From: an uncultured candidate division Zixibacteria bacterium
Lineage (GTDB): Bacteria; Zixibacteria; MSB-5A5; GN15; FEB-12
Reading direction: 5' to 3'
NCBI GenBank assembly: GCA_963664195.1
Contig: OY760907.1
Location: forward strand, 1,312,001 to 1,376,000
Length of the DNA stretch: 64,000 nt
Shown: positions 1 through 9,569 of the stretch, one piece after another
Layout of the letters: each line of letters opens with the position of its first letter
Position numbering within the stretch: position 1 is the first letter of the stretch
Notes under the pieces: model-generated
Told to the model about the DNA's origin: nothing
Database searches by the model: none
Seen by the model: the letters and a program-made list of their open reading frames with translations, nothing else
Program-made: the position numbers and the translations under genes

Positions 1-886
1 CAAGCCGCTCCATCCGTTTTTTTGTCCCGGCGTTTATAATCTCCGGCCCGGCCTTGAGCGAACCGTACCGCGCCGCTACAGAAATGCGGGAGAACATCCC
101 CTCGATCCCGTATCGCTTGATCAAATCGATTATCAAATCAAGCTGGTACGCAACTTCGAGATACGCGTTCTCCGGCTTCAGTCCACGCTCGACCAAAACT
201 TCGAATCCCGTCTTGATCAGCATCGCCAGCCCGCCACACAAAACCGCCTGTTCACCAAACAAATCCCCCACCGCCTCGTGCTCAAACGTCGTCTTGATGA
301 GATTTTTCCGCTTGAACCCGGCCGCTTTCGCCAGGGCAAACGCCGTCTGCGCGGCTTTCCCGGTTCTATTCTGATAAACAGAATAGAAGGCGGATAGCTG
401 TTGATCTCCGAGATACGCTTCTCGCACCGCTACTCCCGGAGCATGGGGAGCTACCAGGATGACATCGCAATCATCCGGCGGCACCACAAATCCAAAATGC
501 ACCGAGGTACCGTGCAACAGCAGAAGGGTGGCATTATTCTTGAGATTCGGCGAAATGTCCCGCGTAAACACCCTACCGTGGAGATGATCCGGAAACGCAA
601 ACACGACGATATCAGCAGCGGCGACCGCCTTACTCACGGTCATAATCTCGGCTATCCCGTCACGTTTGGCGATCAGTCGTGATTTCGAGCGCGACCGAAC
701 TCCGACTATGACGCGATATCCCGAATCGCAAAAGTTCAGCACCAGCGCCCGCCCCTGCGAACCGTAGCCAATTACCGCAATCACCTTCTGCTTCGGAGAC
801 GTGCTTTGCCTAGCGGATCCCCCAATGCACACATCGGAGGAAACGGGCACTCCGCGAGTGCTTTTCTGTTTCCGTATCACTGCCAT
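1..886 (-). CDS. ilvC: Ketol-acid reductoisomerase (3' end runs off the window)
   Basis: Not in the ORF track. Manual translation of the minus strand from ATG at 886 gives ...KVIAVIGYGSQG...LLHG...VAPHAPG...TTFEHEAVGDLFGEQAVLCGG...PENAYLE, the KARI motifs. Confidence 0.93.
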   Translation of the reverse strand, partial: MAVIRKQKSTRGVPVSSDVCIGGSARQSTSPKQKVIAVIGYGSQGRALVLNFCDSGYRVIVGVRSRSKSRLIAKRDGIAEIMTVSKAVAAADIVVFAFPDHLHGRVFTRDISPNLKNNATLLLLHGTSVHFGFVVPPDDCDVILVAPHAPGVAVREAYLGDQQLSAFYSVYQNRTGKAAQTAFALAKAAGFKRKNLIKTTFEHEAVGDLFGEQAVLCGGLAMLIKTGFEVLVERGLKPENAYLEVAYQLDLIIDLIKRYGIEGMFSRISVAARYGSLKAGPEIINAGTKKRMERL

Positions 887-958
887 CCTGTTAATATAGG
901 GGGAACAAGTCAATATGCCAACGATCGCTTACAACAAGCGGCAGACAGGACGGTACCC

Positions 959-1849
959 ATGGACGCCTATCAGAAATCGATGCTGGAACTTGTCAAAACC
1001 GCTCTCTACGAGGATGTCGGCAAAGGTGACCTCACCTCGTTGGCCTGTCTTGAACCGGGGCCTGTTGCGGCTGCGATTGTCGCTAAATCAACCGGGGTGC
1101 TGTCCGGAGTGGAACCCGCCCTGCTGACGTTTGATATTGTCGATTCCGCCAACAACGTAAAGTTTCTCAAGAGAGACGGCGACCGGTTCGAGCCGGGTAC
1201 GGTTATCGCCGAGATCGACGGTTTCAACCTGTCTGTCCTTGCCTCTGAACGGGTGGCGCTGAATTTCCTTGGACATCTGAGCGGAGTTGCCACGCTCGCC
1301 GGTCAACTCGTTGATCTCATCAAAAAAGGTGGCGGCAATGATACACGACTGCTTGACACGCGCAAAACGATCCCCGGCCTCCGACATCTCGAAAAACGGG
1401 CCGTGCTCCACGGCGGCGGGATTAATCACCGCATCGGACTGTACGATATGATCCTGATCAAAGACAACCATATCGCCAGCGCCGGTTCAATCAAAAACGC
1501 CGTTGCCCGCACCCGTGAGTATATTGCCACCGCTGATTTCCGGCATCAGTTCCAGTCCGATGCCAATGAAATCAAGATCGAAGTCGAAATCGAGAACGAA
1601 TACCAGCTCCGCGAGGCAATCGAATCCGGTGTGGATCGACTCCTGCTCGACAATCAATCCCCAAAATCGCTCAAGCAACTCGTAGCGGTCGCCCGCGAGA
1701 TCGACGCGAATGTTGAACTCGAAGCGTCGGGCAACGTCACGAAAGAGAACATCGCCGATATTGCCGCCTCGGGCGTGGATTTCATCTCGGTCGGCGCGGT
1801 TACGCATTCGGCCCCCTGCTCTGATTTCTCTCTCCGGATCAAGGAATAG
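959..1849 (+). CDS. nadC: Nicotinate-nucleotide diphosphorylase (quinolinate phosphoribosyltransferase)
   Basis: Motifs EDVGKGDLTS, ERVALNFL, DTRKTIPGLR, HRIGLYDMILIKDNH, LLDN, EASG. Start at MDAYQK chosen to avoid overlap with ilvC. Confidence 0.96.
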   Translation: MDAYQKSMLELVKTALYEDVGKGDLTSLACLEPGPVAAAIVAKSTGVLSGVEPALLTFDIVDSANNVKFLKRDGDRFEPGTVIAEIDGFNLSVLASERVALNFLGHLSGVATLAGQLVDLIKKGGGNDTRLLDTRKTIPGLRHLEKRAVLHGGGINHRIGLYDMILIKDNHIASAGSIKNAVARTREYIATADFRHQFQSDANEIKIEVEIENEYQLREAIESGVDRLLLDNQSPKSLKQLVAVAREIDANVELEASGNVTKENIADIAASGVDFISVGAVTHSAPCSDFSLRIKE

Positions 1850-1853
1850 CGCG

Positions 1854-2849
1854 ATGAATCTCGTTGAATTAGAGAAAATCGCCGATGACCTGATTCTTCT
1901 GACGCGCCCAAAACCAAAGGAATTCTTCGAGCGAGAAACGCTCCTGACCGCCCTGAAGACCAACGACGAGACCTTGCAGTCAGCACTCGAAACAGCCGCC
2001 CAATGGGGATACGAACTCAAAACTGACGGGTCGGGCCGCGTTGCATTCATCAAAGCCCCCGATTCGCTCACCGCGACTGAAATCGGCTACCGCCTCGGCA
2101 CCAAATGGCTGGGCAAAAACCTGGTCACTCACGGCAGCGCAAAATCAACCAACGACCTTGCCGCCGAGGCCGCCCAGGCAGGCGCCGAACACGGCACCGT
2201 CATCACCGCTGAGGAACAAACCAGGGGACGCGGCAGGCTCGGGCGCGAATGGTACTCTCCCCCCGGCTCTGCGATTTATGTCTCGTTAGTTCTTCGCCCT
2301 GATTTCCTCCCCGCCGATGCTCCGGGTGTGTCGATTATGACTGCAGTCGCCCTGGCTGATTCGTTGACTGTGCTTCTGCCGGATCAGATCCGACTCAAAT
2401 GGCCAAACGACATTCACATACGCGGACGGAAAGTCTCCGGCATTCTCACAGAACTGTCCGCCGACCGGGACAAAATCAACCATCTCGTGGTCGGCGTCGG
2501 AATCAACGTTAATCAGCGGTTTGAGGATTTTCCGCCCGAACTTCAGCCCCATGCCACCTCGCTTCGACGCGAATGCGGACATGAATTGCGCCGTGTCGAT
2601 GTCCTGCAATCGTTCTTACGGCAATTCGAGTCCGAGTTTGATCTGTATCTTGAACACCGCCTGGCGAAGTCTCATGATAGGATACGCGGGTTTTCCTCGT
2701 TGATCGGACGCGAGATCACGGTCAGCAGCGGCAAGAAGCAGCGAACGGGGACGGTCGAGGATATCGACGTGGAAGGCCGTTTGATTCTTCAGACCGACGA
2801 GGGCCGCTTTCCCATTATCGCCGGCGAGGTAACGGTAGTAAGGAAGTAG
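1854..2849 (+). CDS. birA: Biotin--[acetyl-CoA-carboxylase] ligase with degenerate N-terminal wHTH
   Basis: Motifs STND, AEEQTRGRGRLGR, KWPND, KVSGIL, GVGINV and C-terminal GEV. Confidence 0.95.
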   Translation: MNLVELEKIADDLILLTRPKPKEFFERETLLTALKTNDETLQSALETAAQWGYELKTDGSGRVAFIKAPDSLTATEIGYRLGTKWLGKNLVTHGSAKSTNDLAAEAAQAGAEHGTVITAEEQTRGRGRLGREWYSPPGSAIYVSLVLRPDFLPADAPGVSIMTAVALADSLTVLLPDQIRLKWPNDIHIRGRKVSGILTELSADRDKINHLVVGVGINVNQRFEDFPPELQPHATSLRRECGHELRRVDVLQSFLRQFESEFDLYLEHRLAKSHDRIRGFSSLIGREITVSSGKKQRTGTVEDIDVEGRLILQTDEGRFPIIAGEVTVVRK

Positions 2850-2884
2850 GGTTGCAAATGCCACATCCACCTGACGCCGTCGAT

Positions 2885-2913
2885 TTGCGTTTTTCTCCCC
2901 TTTTGTGTATAAT
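2885..2913 (+). promoter_or_regulatory. Sigma70-type promoter of iscU (TTGCGT-N17-TATAAT)
   Basis: Perfect -10 at 2908-2913, 17-nt spacer, 8 nt before the ATG. Confidence 0.65.
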
Positions 2914-2921
2914 GTCCGCCT

Positions 2922-3293
2922 ATGTATAATCTCATTGTTATGGACCATTTCCAGAATCCGCGCAATACCGGAGATATGGAAAATCCGGACGGGGTCGGAA
3001 CCGTCGGCAACGCGACCTGTGGCGATATGATGAAGGTGTTCATTAAAGTCAGCGAAGGCCGCATATCTGATATTAAGTACAAAACGTTCGGTTGCGCCGC
3101 TGCGATCGCTTCAAGTTCGGCGGCCTCGGAGATGGTAGTCGGAAAGACTATCGAGGAAGCTCTCGCTATGACCCGCGACGATGTCGCCAATCATCTCGAG
3201 GGCCTCCCGGAAAAGAAAGTCCACTGCTCGGCTCTCGCCCCGGATGCTATCCGCGCCGCTATCGAGGACTACCAGAAACGCCAGAATGGCTAG
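2922..3293 (+). CDS. iscU: Fe-S cluster scaffold, IscU/NifU N-terminal family
   Basis: Motifs MDHFQNPRN, GNATCGD, FGCAAAIASSS, LPEKKVHCS. Confidence 0.95.
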   Translation: MYNLIVMDHFQNPRNTGDMENPDGVGTVGNATCGDMMKVFIKVSEGRISDIKYKTFGCAAAIASSSAASEMVVGKTIEEALAMTRDDVANHLEGLPEKKVHCSALAPDAIRAAIEDYQKRQNG

Positions 3294-3320
3294 GCCCCTT
3301 TCGTTTCTCACGGGTAACGG

Positions 3321-4175
3321 ATGCCGGAACTCCCCGAAGTAGAAACGGTGGTCAGGGGGCTTCGCGAAGTCCTCAAAGGAAGACGTTTCACCTCCATAGA
3401 TAACCGTGCGCCGGTCTCGATGGTGGTAGTGGGGGATTCCTTCGGCAAGCAGTCGTTTGAAAACATTCTGGCTGACCGCCAGGTTCTGGATATCACACGC
3501 CGGGGTAAAAATATCCTGATCGCTCTCTCCGGCAATATCACTCTTTGGGCGCATCTTAAAATGACCGGCAAGTTCCGGTATATTGACTCCGACACCCCTC
3601 GCCATAAACACGACCTCGTTGTTTTCGATCTGGCCCCCAACAAGAGCGACGATGACGCCTGCCATATCCGATTCAACGACTACCGTCGTTTCGGGCGTTT
3701 GCGCCTTTTCACCAACGATGAACTATGGGAACAACAGGGATTGGCCTCACTCGGCCCCGAACCTCTGGAAATCACCGGCGGTGATTTTGCGGAGCTTTGC
3801 CATAGACGTGGGAGAATGATAAAACCCGCCCTGATGGATCAAACGTTCATCGCGGGACTTGGCAATATCTACGCCGATGAATCCCTTTTCCTCTCCCGCC
3901 TTCATCCCAAGCGGCTGACGAACTCGATCTCCCGCAAGAAGCTGGTCGAACTCCACGGGCACATACAGTATCTGTTGAAGAAGGCAATCAGTCTGGCGGG
4001 AACGTCGGTCGATACGTATTCCGGCGTCAACGGTCAACCGGGATCGTTTCAGGACTATTTGAAAGCGTACGGCCTTGAAGGGGCCCCGTGTGAGCGTTGC
4101 GGACGTGAGATTGTTCGTGAGAAAATCGGCTCACGTTCCGCGCATTACTGCCCCAAGTGCCAGCGGAAACCTTAA
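3321..4175 (+). CDS. mutM: Formamidopyrimidine-DNA glycosylase
   Basis: N-terminal MPELPEVET, RRGK, HLKMTG, GLGNIYADE and C-terminal CxxC-CxxC zinc finger. Confidence 0.97.
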   Translation: MPELPEVETVVRGLREVLKGRRFTSIDNRAPVSMVVVGDSFGKQSFENILADRQVLDITRRGKNILIALSGNITLWAHLKMTGKFRYIDSDTPRHKHDLVVFDLAPNKSDDDACHIRFNDYRRFGRLRLFTNDELWEQQGLASLGPEPLEITGGDFAELCHRRGRMIKPALMDQTFIAGLGNIYADESLFLSRLHPKRLTNSISRKKLVELHGHIQYLLKKAISLAGTSVDTYSGVNGQPGSFQDYLKAYGLEGAPCERCGREIVREKIGSRSAHYCPKCQRKP

Positions 4176-5230
4176 TCCTCCAACGACAGATTCCGACCGG
4201 TCACCGAATCAAAATACTGCATCGCGCTCTTGTCGATGCTGAACCGGATCTCTTTGCCCGGCTCGGGTGAGGCTGAAACCGATATCGCCGTCAACAGATG
4301 ATCCTGATACTTCACCGCAACCTCGTAGTGATCCCCGAGATACTCGCACGATTCCACGGTGCCGTGATAATCTCCGTCGCCCGCTATCGAAATCGATTCC
4401 GGGCGCAAACCCACCGTGCATTTCTCCCCGCCAGCCGCTTCCTTTATATAGTCCATCACCAGCGTCCCGAACGGAATCAACCGGTCACCGTCGATCTCGG
4501 CCTCAATCACGTTGATCTTCGGCAACCCGATAAACTTCGCCACAAACAGACTTGCCGGACGGTTGTACAAATCCTTTGGTGTCCCGAGTTGTTCTATGTG
4601 TCCCTCGTTCAACAGGGCAATACGGTCCGCCATAGAGAGCGCTTCGGTCTGATCGTGTGTCACGTGGACCATCGTCTTGTTGAGCTTGCGTTGAATGCTG
4701 ACAATCTCCTGGCGCATACGGACACGAAGGTCAGCGTCGAGATTTGACAACGGCTCATCTAGAAGAAAAATCGAGGGCTCCCTGATTATCGCCCGTCCGA
4801 GAGCCACCCGCTGACGCTGTCCGCCGGAGAGTTGACCGGGCCGGTCCTTCAGGCGGTTGCCGAGATCAAGCATATCGGCCACGCCCTGCACGCGCTCGTC
4901 GATTTCGGCCTTCTGGACTTTGGCTGCCTTCAACGGAAATGCCAGATTCTTTGCCACCGTCATGTGCGGATACAACGAGTAGTTCTGAAACACCATCGCC
5001 ACATTCCGATCACGCGGGCGAAGGCGGTCCACCCGTTTGCCATCGATATGCACTTCGCCCGAATCCCCTTCTTCGAGTCCGGCGATGATTCTCAGCAACG
5101 TTGACTTGCCGCAGCCCGAAGGTCCCAACAAAACGAGCAGCTCCCCCGCTTCCAATTCGAGCGAGATCTCTCGCAGGACTCTCGTCCCGTCGAACCGCTT
5201 TGATACGTCTTTGAGTACAAGCCCGGCCAT
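4172..5230 (-). CDS. Carbohydrate ABC transporter ATP-binding subunit (MalK/MsmK/UgpC-like), orphan
   Basis: GPSGCGKS, VFQNYSLYPHMTV, LSGGQRQRVA, DEPLSNLDA, VTHDQ and TOBE-like tail. Confidence 0.92.
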   Translation of the reverse strand: MAGLVLKDVSKRFDGTRVLREISLELEAGELLVLLGPSGCGKSTLLRIIAGLEEGDSGEVHIDGKRVDRLRPRDRNVAMVFQNYSLYPHMTVAKNLAFPLKAAKVQKAEIDERVQGVADMLDLGNRLKDRPGQLSGGQRQRVALGRAIIREPSIFLLDEPLSNLDADLRVRMRQEIVSIQRKLNKTMVHVTHDQTEALSMADRIALLNEGHIEQLGTPKDLYNRPASLFVAKFIGLPKINVIEAEIDGDRLIPFGTLVMDYIKEAAGGEKCTVGLRPESISIAGDGDYHGTVESCEYLGDHYEVAVKYQDHLLTAISVSASPEPGKEIRFSIDKSAMQYFDSVTGRNLSLED

Positions 5231-6318
5231 CAATCAATACCCTCTATTGCGCCCCCGACTATTCTAAACTTGCGGGCAGTATCAATCAAGGATTGAGGAG
5301 GATCAATCGCGGTCGTCAAAAAAATCTGATCCGACTGCGAGAACAACTCCATCAGGCGCTCCGTCCGGCCGGTGTCAAGTTCTGCGAAAATCTCATCCAG
5401 CAGCAGAATCGGCGCGGTGGACCGCTTTTCCTTCAGCAACTCGTACACGGCCAGCTTCAGTGATACCGCAGCCGTCCGCCATTGTCCCTGGGAACCGTGC
5501 GAGCGCGCCGCCAGTCCGCCAACCTCAAAGAGTACGTCATCCCGGTGCGGACCGACAACGGATGTCTTTAGCACCTGCTCTTTGAATTTGTTTTCTTCCA
5601 GGGCCAACTCAAACGCCTCTTTGATCTCACTCTCTTCGCAGGTGTCCGATTCAACCGCTATCTTCGGCTTGTACTCCATTTGTAGTTCTTCCCCCCGGCT
5701 GATTTCCCGATAGTGATTCTCCGTCAGAGGTCTCAGACTGCCCAGAAATTTATGACGGGCCGCTATGATCTTTGATCCGTGCGAGACTACCAGCGGGTCA
5801 AACGGACTAGGATCCATCTCTTTTTTGAGTGCTGCGTTTTTCTGTGCGATCGCCTTCTGGTAATCCGTCAGATCAGAGATATATCTCCGTGATAGTTGTG
5901 ACAGATAAATATCAATGAATAACCTTCTAACTGCTGGTGATCCCGAGAGAATATCGCTGTCTTCCGGTCCCGAAGCCACAGCGCAAAACTGATCGTACAG
6001 CTCGGTTGCTTTCGATGGGACCCCATCGATGGTAATCTTCTTCCGCCAGCCCTTCTGATACGCTACTGCCACCGGAAGCGCGCGTCGAGCCGTTTCAACG
6101 CGTCCCTCCAGTCGGTACACTTCAGCCCCGTCCTGGATCAATATACTGTCGGCTGCGCCCCTCTGAGACCTTCCCAGGCAGAGTGTGAAGATTGATTCCA
6201 ACAGGTTGGTTTTACCGGACCCGTTATTGCCGTAGAAGATATTCACGCCGGGCGCGAATCCAGTCTGCAATGAAGAGATATTTCTAAATCCGGTTACTGA
6301 CAGAGATTGTACTAACAT
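5230..6318 (-). CDS. recF: DNA replication and repair protein RecF
   Basis: FRN, GNNGSGKTNLLE, GPHRDD, GSQGQ, LLLDEIFAELD; lies next to dnaN. Confidence 0.97.
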   Translation of the reverse strand: MLVQSLSVTGFRNISSLQTGFAPGVNIFYGNNGSGKTNLLESIFTLCLGRSQRGAADSILIQDGAEVYRLEGRVETARRALPVAVAYQKGWRKKITIDGVPSKATELYDQFCAVASGPEDSDILSGSPAVRRLFIDIYLSQLSRRYISDLTDYQKAIAQKNAALKKEMDPSPFDPLVVSHGSKIIAARHKFLGSLRPLTENHYREISRGEELQMEYKPKIAVESDTCEESEIKEAFELALEENKFKEQVLKTSVVGPHRDDVLFEVGGLAARSHGSQGQWRTAAVSLKLAVYELLKEKRSTAPILLLDEIFAELDTGRTERLMELFSQSDQIFLTTAIDPPQSLIDTARKFRIVGGAIEGID

Positions 6319-6328
6319 ATTCTATCGG

Positions 6329-6364
6329 AAAAGAAAAATGGCAGATGTAATCACACCTGCCATT
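6329..6364 (-). terminator. Intrinsic terminator between dnaN and recF
   Basis: Minus strand reads AATGGCAGGTGT-GATT-ACATCTGCCATT-TTTCTTTT (hairpin plus U-tract). Confidence 0.75.
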
Positions 6365-6386
6365 CTGAAATTGTGTTCAGGCAGTT

Positions 6387-7499
6387 TTACTCCGCAAGCC
6401 GCAGCGGCATGATCAGGCAGAGGAAATCTTCTTTGGAGACCTCGGTACTGTACACCAGACCGGCGGCCACAGGAGAAGACAACTCGAATACGACATCATC
6501 GCTATCGATCTTGCCGAGAATCTCCGAGACATATGTGGCGTTATAGCCGATCTCTACCGCATCCCCTTCAAAATCGCATCCAATCTCCTCGACACCTTCA
6601 CCGCCAACATCCGCGTTGCTGGTCGAGAGCGTCAGTTTCGATTTCTTCAATCCAAACTTCACCTGATGTGTAAGCGCATTGGAGAGAATCGACACACGCC
6701 TCACAGCACCACCGAGATCAGCCTTTGAGACCTGCATCTTCTTGTCGTTTTTGGTCGGAATAACCTGCTCGAAATTCGGATATGGGCCCTCAATCAAACG
6801 CGAGGTGAGGATTGTGTCACCCAGATTAAAGATGATATTGTTTTCACCAAAGATAATCCCAATCTCACCAATCCCACTCTCAGAGAATTTGGGAATCAAG
6901 TTCAAAACCTTCGGCGGCACGATGATATCTTCGTTCAATCCCTTCAATTTCGGATTGTCCACCGCGGCCTTCGCCAGACGATGTCCATCGGTGGCAACCA
7001 TCTGCATCTTGTCACCTTTGGTCTGCCAGAGGATACCGTTGAGCGCCGGACGGGTTTCATCGGTAGAACAGGCGAAAGTTGTCTTTCTGATCATGGCCAC
7101 AAAATCGCCGCCGTTGATCTTGATTTCCTTCTTAGTATTGACCGCCGGAAGTTTCGGAAAATCATCAGGAGAGACCGAAGCTATTTTGTAAGAACCGTTG
7201 GCTATCTTAACCTCGACCCGCGAGTTCACGGATTCAATAGTGATATCAGCCTCGGGCAATTCTTTGACAATGTCAAACAGGATCCGAGCCGGCAGAGCGA
7301 CCGATCCTTTTTTGACAACATCACACACCACCGTCCCTGTGATCGACATGTCAAGATCGGTGGCAGAGATCTTTAGCTTGCCGTCGAGAGCCTCGATCAG
7401 CACATTGGTCAGAATAGGTAATGTCGATTTCGTGGGGACTACTTGCAGGACAGATTGCAGACAACCGGCAAGTTTTGATTTCGGTAATGAGAATTTCAT
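6387..7499 (-). CDS. dnaN: DNA polymerase III beta sliding clamp
   Basis: TLPILTN, ATDLD, ATDGHRL, RLIEGPYPNF and C-terminal LIMPLR. Confidence 0.98.
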   Translation of the reverse strand: MKFSLPKSKLAGCLQSVLQVVPTKSTLPILTNVLIEALDGKLKISATDLDMSITGTVVCDVVKKGSVALPARILFDIVKELPEADITIESVNSRVEVKIANGSYKIASVSPDDFPKLPAVNTKKEIKINGGDFVAMIRKTTFACSTDETRPALNGILWQTKGDKMQMVATDGHRLAKAAVDNPKLKGLNEDIIVPPKVLNLIPKFSESGIGEIGIIFGENNIIFNLGDTILTSRLIEGPYPNFEQVIPTKNDKKMQVSKADLGGAVRRVSILSNALTHQVKFGLKKSKLTLSTSNADVGGEGVEEIGCDFEGDAVEIGYNATYVSEILGKIDSDDVVFELSSPVAAGLVYSTEVSKEDFLCLIMPLRLAE

Positions 7500-7785
7500 C
7501 TATTCTCTCTCTCCAGTACGAAGCATGTTAACATTCTACTTCTTAACAAAACAAGTATATATCTAAAAAGCAATAGTAATAGGTTCTGTTGACATGTGCA
7601 CAAGCGCCAAACAACGCTGCTGAAAGCAACTTTTCCTCTTGTCACACAGATACTTAACTTCTATTACCAATTCACACATACTCAACAGTCACGCTCTCAT
7701 CTATCAACAAATCCGGCAGGATATCTACATAAAAACGGCTGATGATCCTGTCCACACAACACTCCACACAGTTCTCCACAGTCAT
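7500..7785. other. oriC part 2 (dnaA-dnaN intergenic): DnaA boxes, DnaA-trios and AT-rich unwinding element
   Basis: DnaA-box-like 9-mers at 7587-7595, 7595-7603, 7701-7709, 7721-7729, 7748-7756 and 7772-7780; CAA-TAG-TAA-TAG at 7571-7582; AT-rich tract ~7530-7570. Confidence 0.88.
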
Positions 7786-9150
7786 CTAGTAGAGAAGTGC
7801 AGCCGATATCTTGTCTATTTTCTCGCGGAACGTCGGGTCGGTCGACATCTTCCGGGCTACCAAATCACACGCATGAATCACAGTAGAATGATCCCTGCCA
7901 CCAAACTCACCACCGATTACTTTCAGTGAATTCTCCGTAAGAGATCGCGAAAGATACATGGCTACCTGGCGCGCCAGCGCCACTATGGCAGTCTTTTTCT
8001 TGGCCGTCATTAACTGCGGATCCACCTTGAAATGTTCGGCGGTCTTGCGCTGAATCGACGAAATGCTCAGTTCCTTCTTCTTCGTCCCAACCGTATCAGA
8101 AAGGACTCTCTGGGCTAATTCAACGTTCAGCGGCACTTTCTTTAACGAAGCATACGCCAGCAGACGATTGAGCGCCCCCTCAAGCTCACGCACGTTGGTC
8201 GTGACCACATCGGCAATATACCTTGCAACATCCTCCGAAAGCGTAATACCTTCAGACTCGAGTTTCTTATAGAGAATGGCCGTGCGGTTTTCCAAGTCCG
8301 GTGCTTGAAGGTCGGTCACGAGTCCCCAGGAGAACCGAGATAGCAGTCGTTCTTCTAACCCCTTGATGTCCCTCGGGGCGCGATCCGAAGTTAGAATGAT
8401 CTGTTTACCGGCGTGATAAAGGGCATTGAAGGTATGGAAGAACTGCTCCTGCGTTCCTTCCTTGCCGGTGAAGAACTGGATGTCATCGATGATAAGTACA
8501 TCGACGTCCCGGTAGAAGCGTGTGAAGTCCGCAATAGAGCGGTCAGAGATAGCGCTGATGAAATCCGAGGTGAACTTCTCTGACGACGCATACATCACCC
8601 GCTTGGTCGGATACTGTTCGAGAATCTCGTGCCCGATAGCCTGAACGATGTGTGTTTTGCCGAGTCCGGTGCCACCGTAGATATACAGCGGGTTGTACTT
8701 ATTCATCCCGGGCGCTTCGGCAACCACCTTTGAGGCGGCACACGGGAACTGGTTAAAATCACCCACAACAAGCGTGTCAAACCGGTAACGCTCACTCAGG
8801 TTATGATTCGTGGCTGGCATTACCTGACGCACGTTGACAATTGGAGTCGGACTATCCAGCGGCAGCGCCGTCTGCTCGTCGTCCTCCGTTTGCCCTGTTA
8901 TGACGTACACTATTTCCTGCCGTTCGCCGGTGACCTCTACAAAGGCTTCATGGACGAGATCGAGAAAATGGTCCTGAATCCAATCAGCAACGAACTGATT
9001 GGGTACGGCGATCTTAAACTCGCCGTTGTCACTTGGCTCCCCCTTCGTCGGTTTCAGCCAAGTGTTGAAAGACTGCTGCTTGAGTCGTCGACTCATATAG
9101 ACCAAGCAGTCTTCCCATTGTTGCGAATTACCAATAATATTAGGTATCAA
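7786..9150 (-). CDS. dnaA: Chromosomal replication initiator DnaA
   Basis: YNPLYIYGGTGLGKTH, IDDIQF, QEQFFHTFN, NVRELEGAL, FGGRDHSTVIHA; TTG start is uncertain. Confidence 0.98.
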   Translation of the reverse strand: MIPNIIGNSQQWEDCLVYMSRRLKQQSFNTWLKPTKGEPSDNGEFKIAVPNQFVADWIQDHFLDLVHEAFVEVTGERQEIVYVITGQTEDDEQTALPLDSPTPIVNVRQVMPATNHNLSERYRFDTLVVGDFNQFPCAASKVVAEAPGMNKYNPLYIYGGTGLGKTHIVQAIGHEILEQYPTKRVMYASSEKFTSDFISAISDRSIADFTRFYRDVDVLIIDDIQFFTGKEGTQEQFFHTFNALYHAGKQIILTSDRAPRDIKGLEERLLSRFSWGLVTDLQAPDLENRTAILYKKLESEGITLSEDVARYIADVVTTNVRELEGALNRLLAYASLKKVPLNVELAQRVLSDTVGTKKKELSISSIQRKTAEHFKVDPQLMTAKKKTAIVALARQVAMYLSRSLTENSLKVIGGEFGGRDHSTVIHACDLVARKMSTDPTFREKIDKISAALLY

Positions 9151-9159
9151 GTCGCATCC

Positions 9160-9360
9160 CCGTTCGTCTTAATACAATCAACATTTCCACATTTAGCTAA
9201 GTTATTGACCGATGGTCGCGATAGATCGAAAGCTGAAGTTTAACGACATTCTGTCCACAATCTTATCAACAATTCGGGCTAAAACAGAAACCGGTAACAT
9301 GTTGTGAGGCAACAGCCACACGCATAAACCTGGTGGTTTATCAACAAGTTGTTCACATGT
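9160..9360. promoter_or_regulatory. DnaA-box cluster upstream of dnaA (oriC part 1 and/or autoregulation)
   Basis: ATTTCCACA 9183-9191, CTGTCCACA 9251-9259, TTATCAACA 9263-9271 and 9338-9346, TTGTTCACA 9349-9357. Confidence 0.8.
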
Positions 9361-9569
9361 CGGGGGTCAATAGCATTCATAGGTATAAATATCAGATAGC
9401 CGATCCGCCGTCAAGCGCGCGCCTGCTTTTTATACAGAAATTTCTGAACTGCTTGCTTTGTGGGCTGTTATGCCGATGACAAAAAAGCAGAAGCTATCAG
9501 TCAGCCGCGTGTGACCGACTATATTAAATTCGCATTATGCGCAGGGGGCGTTGCAGCAAGGGCTTATCG

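Noticed and set aside
806..958. Long N-terminal extension of nadC in the ORF track
   Set aside because: Overlaps the divergent ilvC start; the NadC-like sequence begins at MDAYQK (959).
4656..4671. TGTGTCACGTGGACCA, two mismatches from parS
   Set aside because: Encodes the conserved ABC H-loop (MVHVTHD), so it is explained by coding constraint.
9151..9569. Expected rpmH or small RNA upstream of dnaA
   Set aside because: No MKRT-like basic ORF or recognisable RNA fold; only DnaA boxes were seen.
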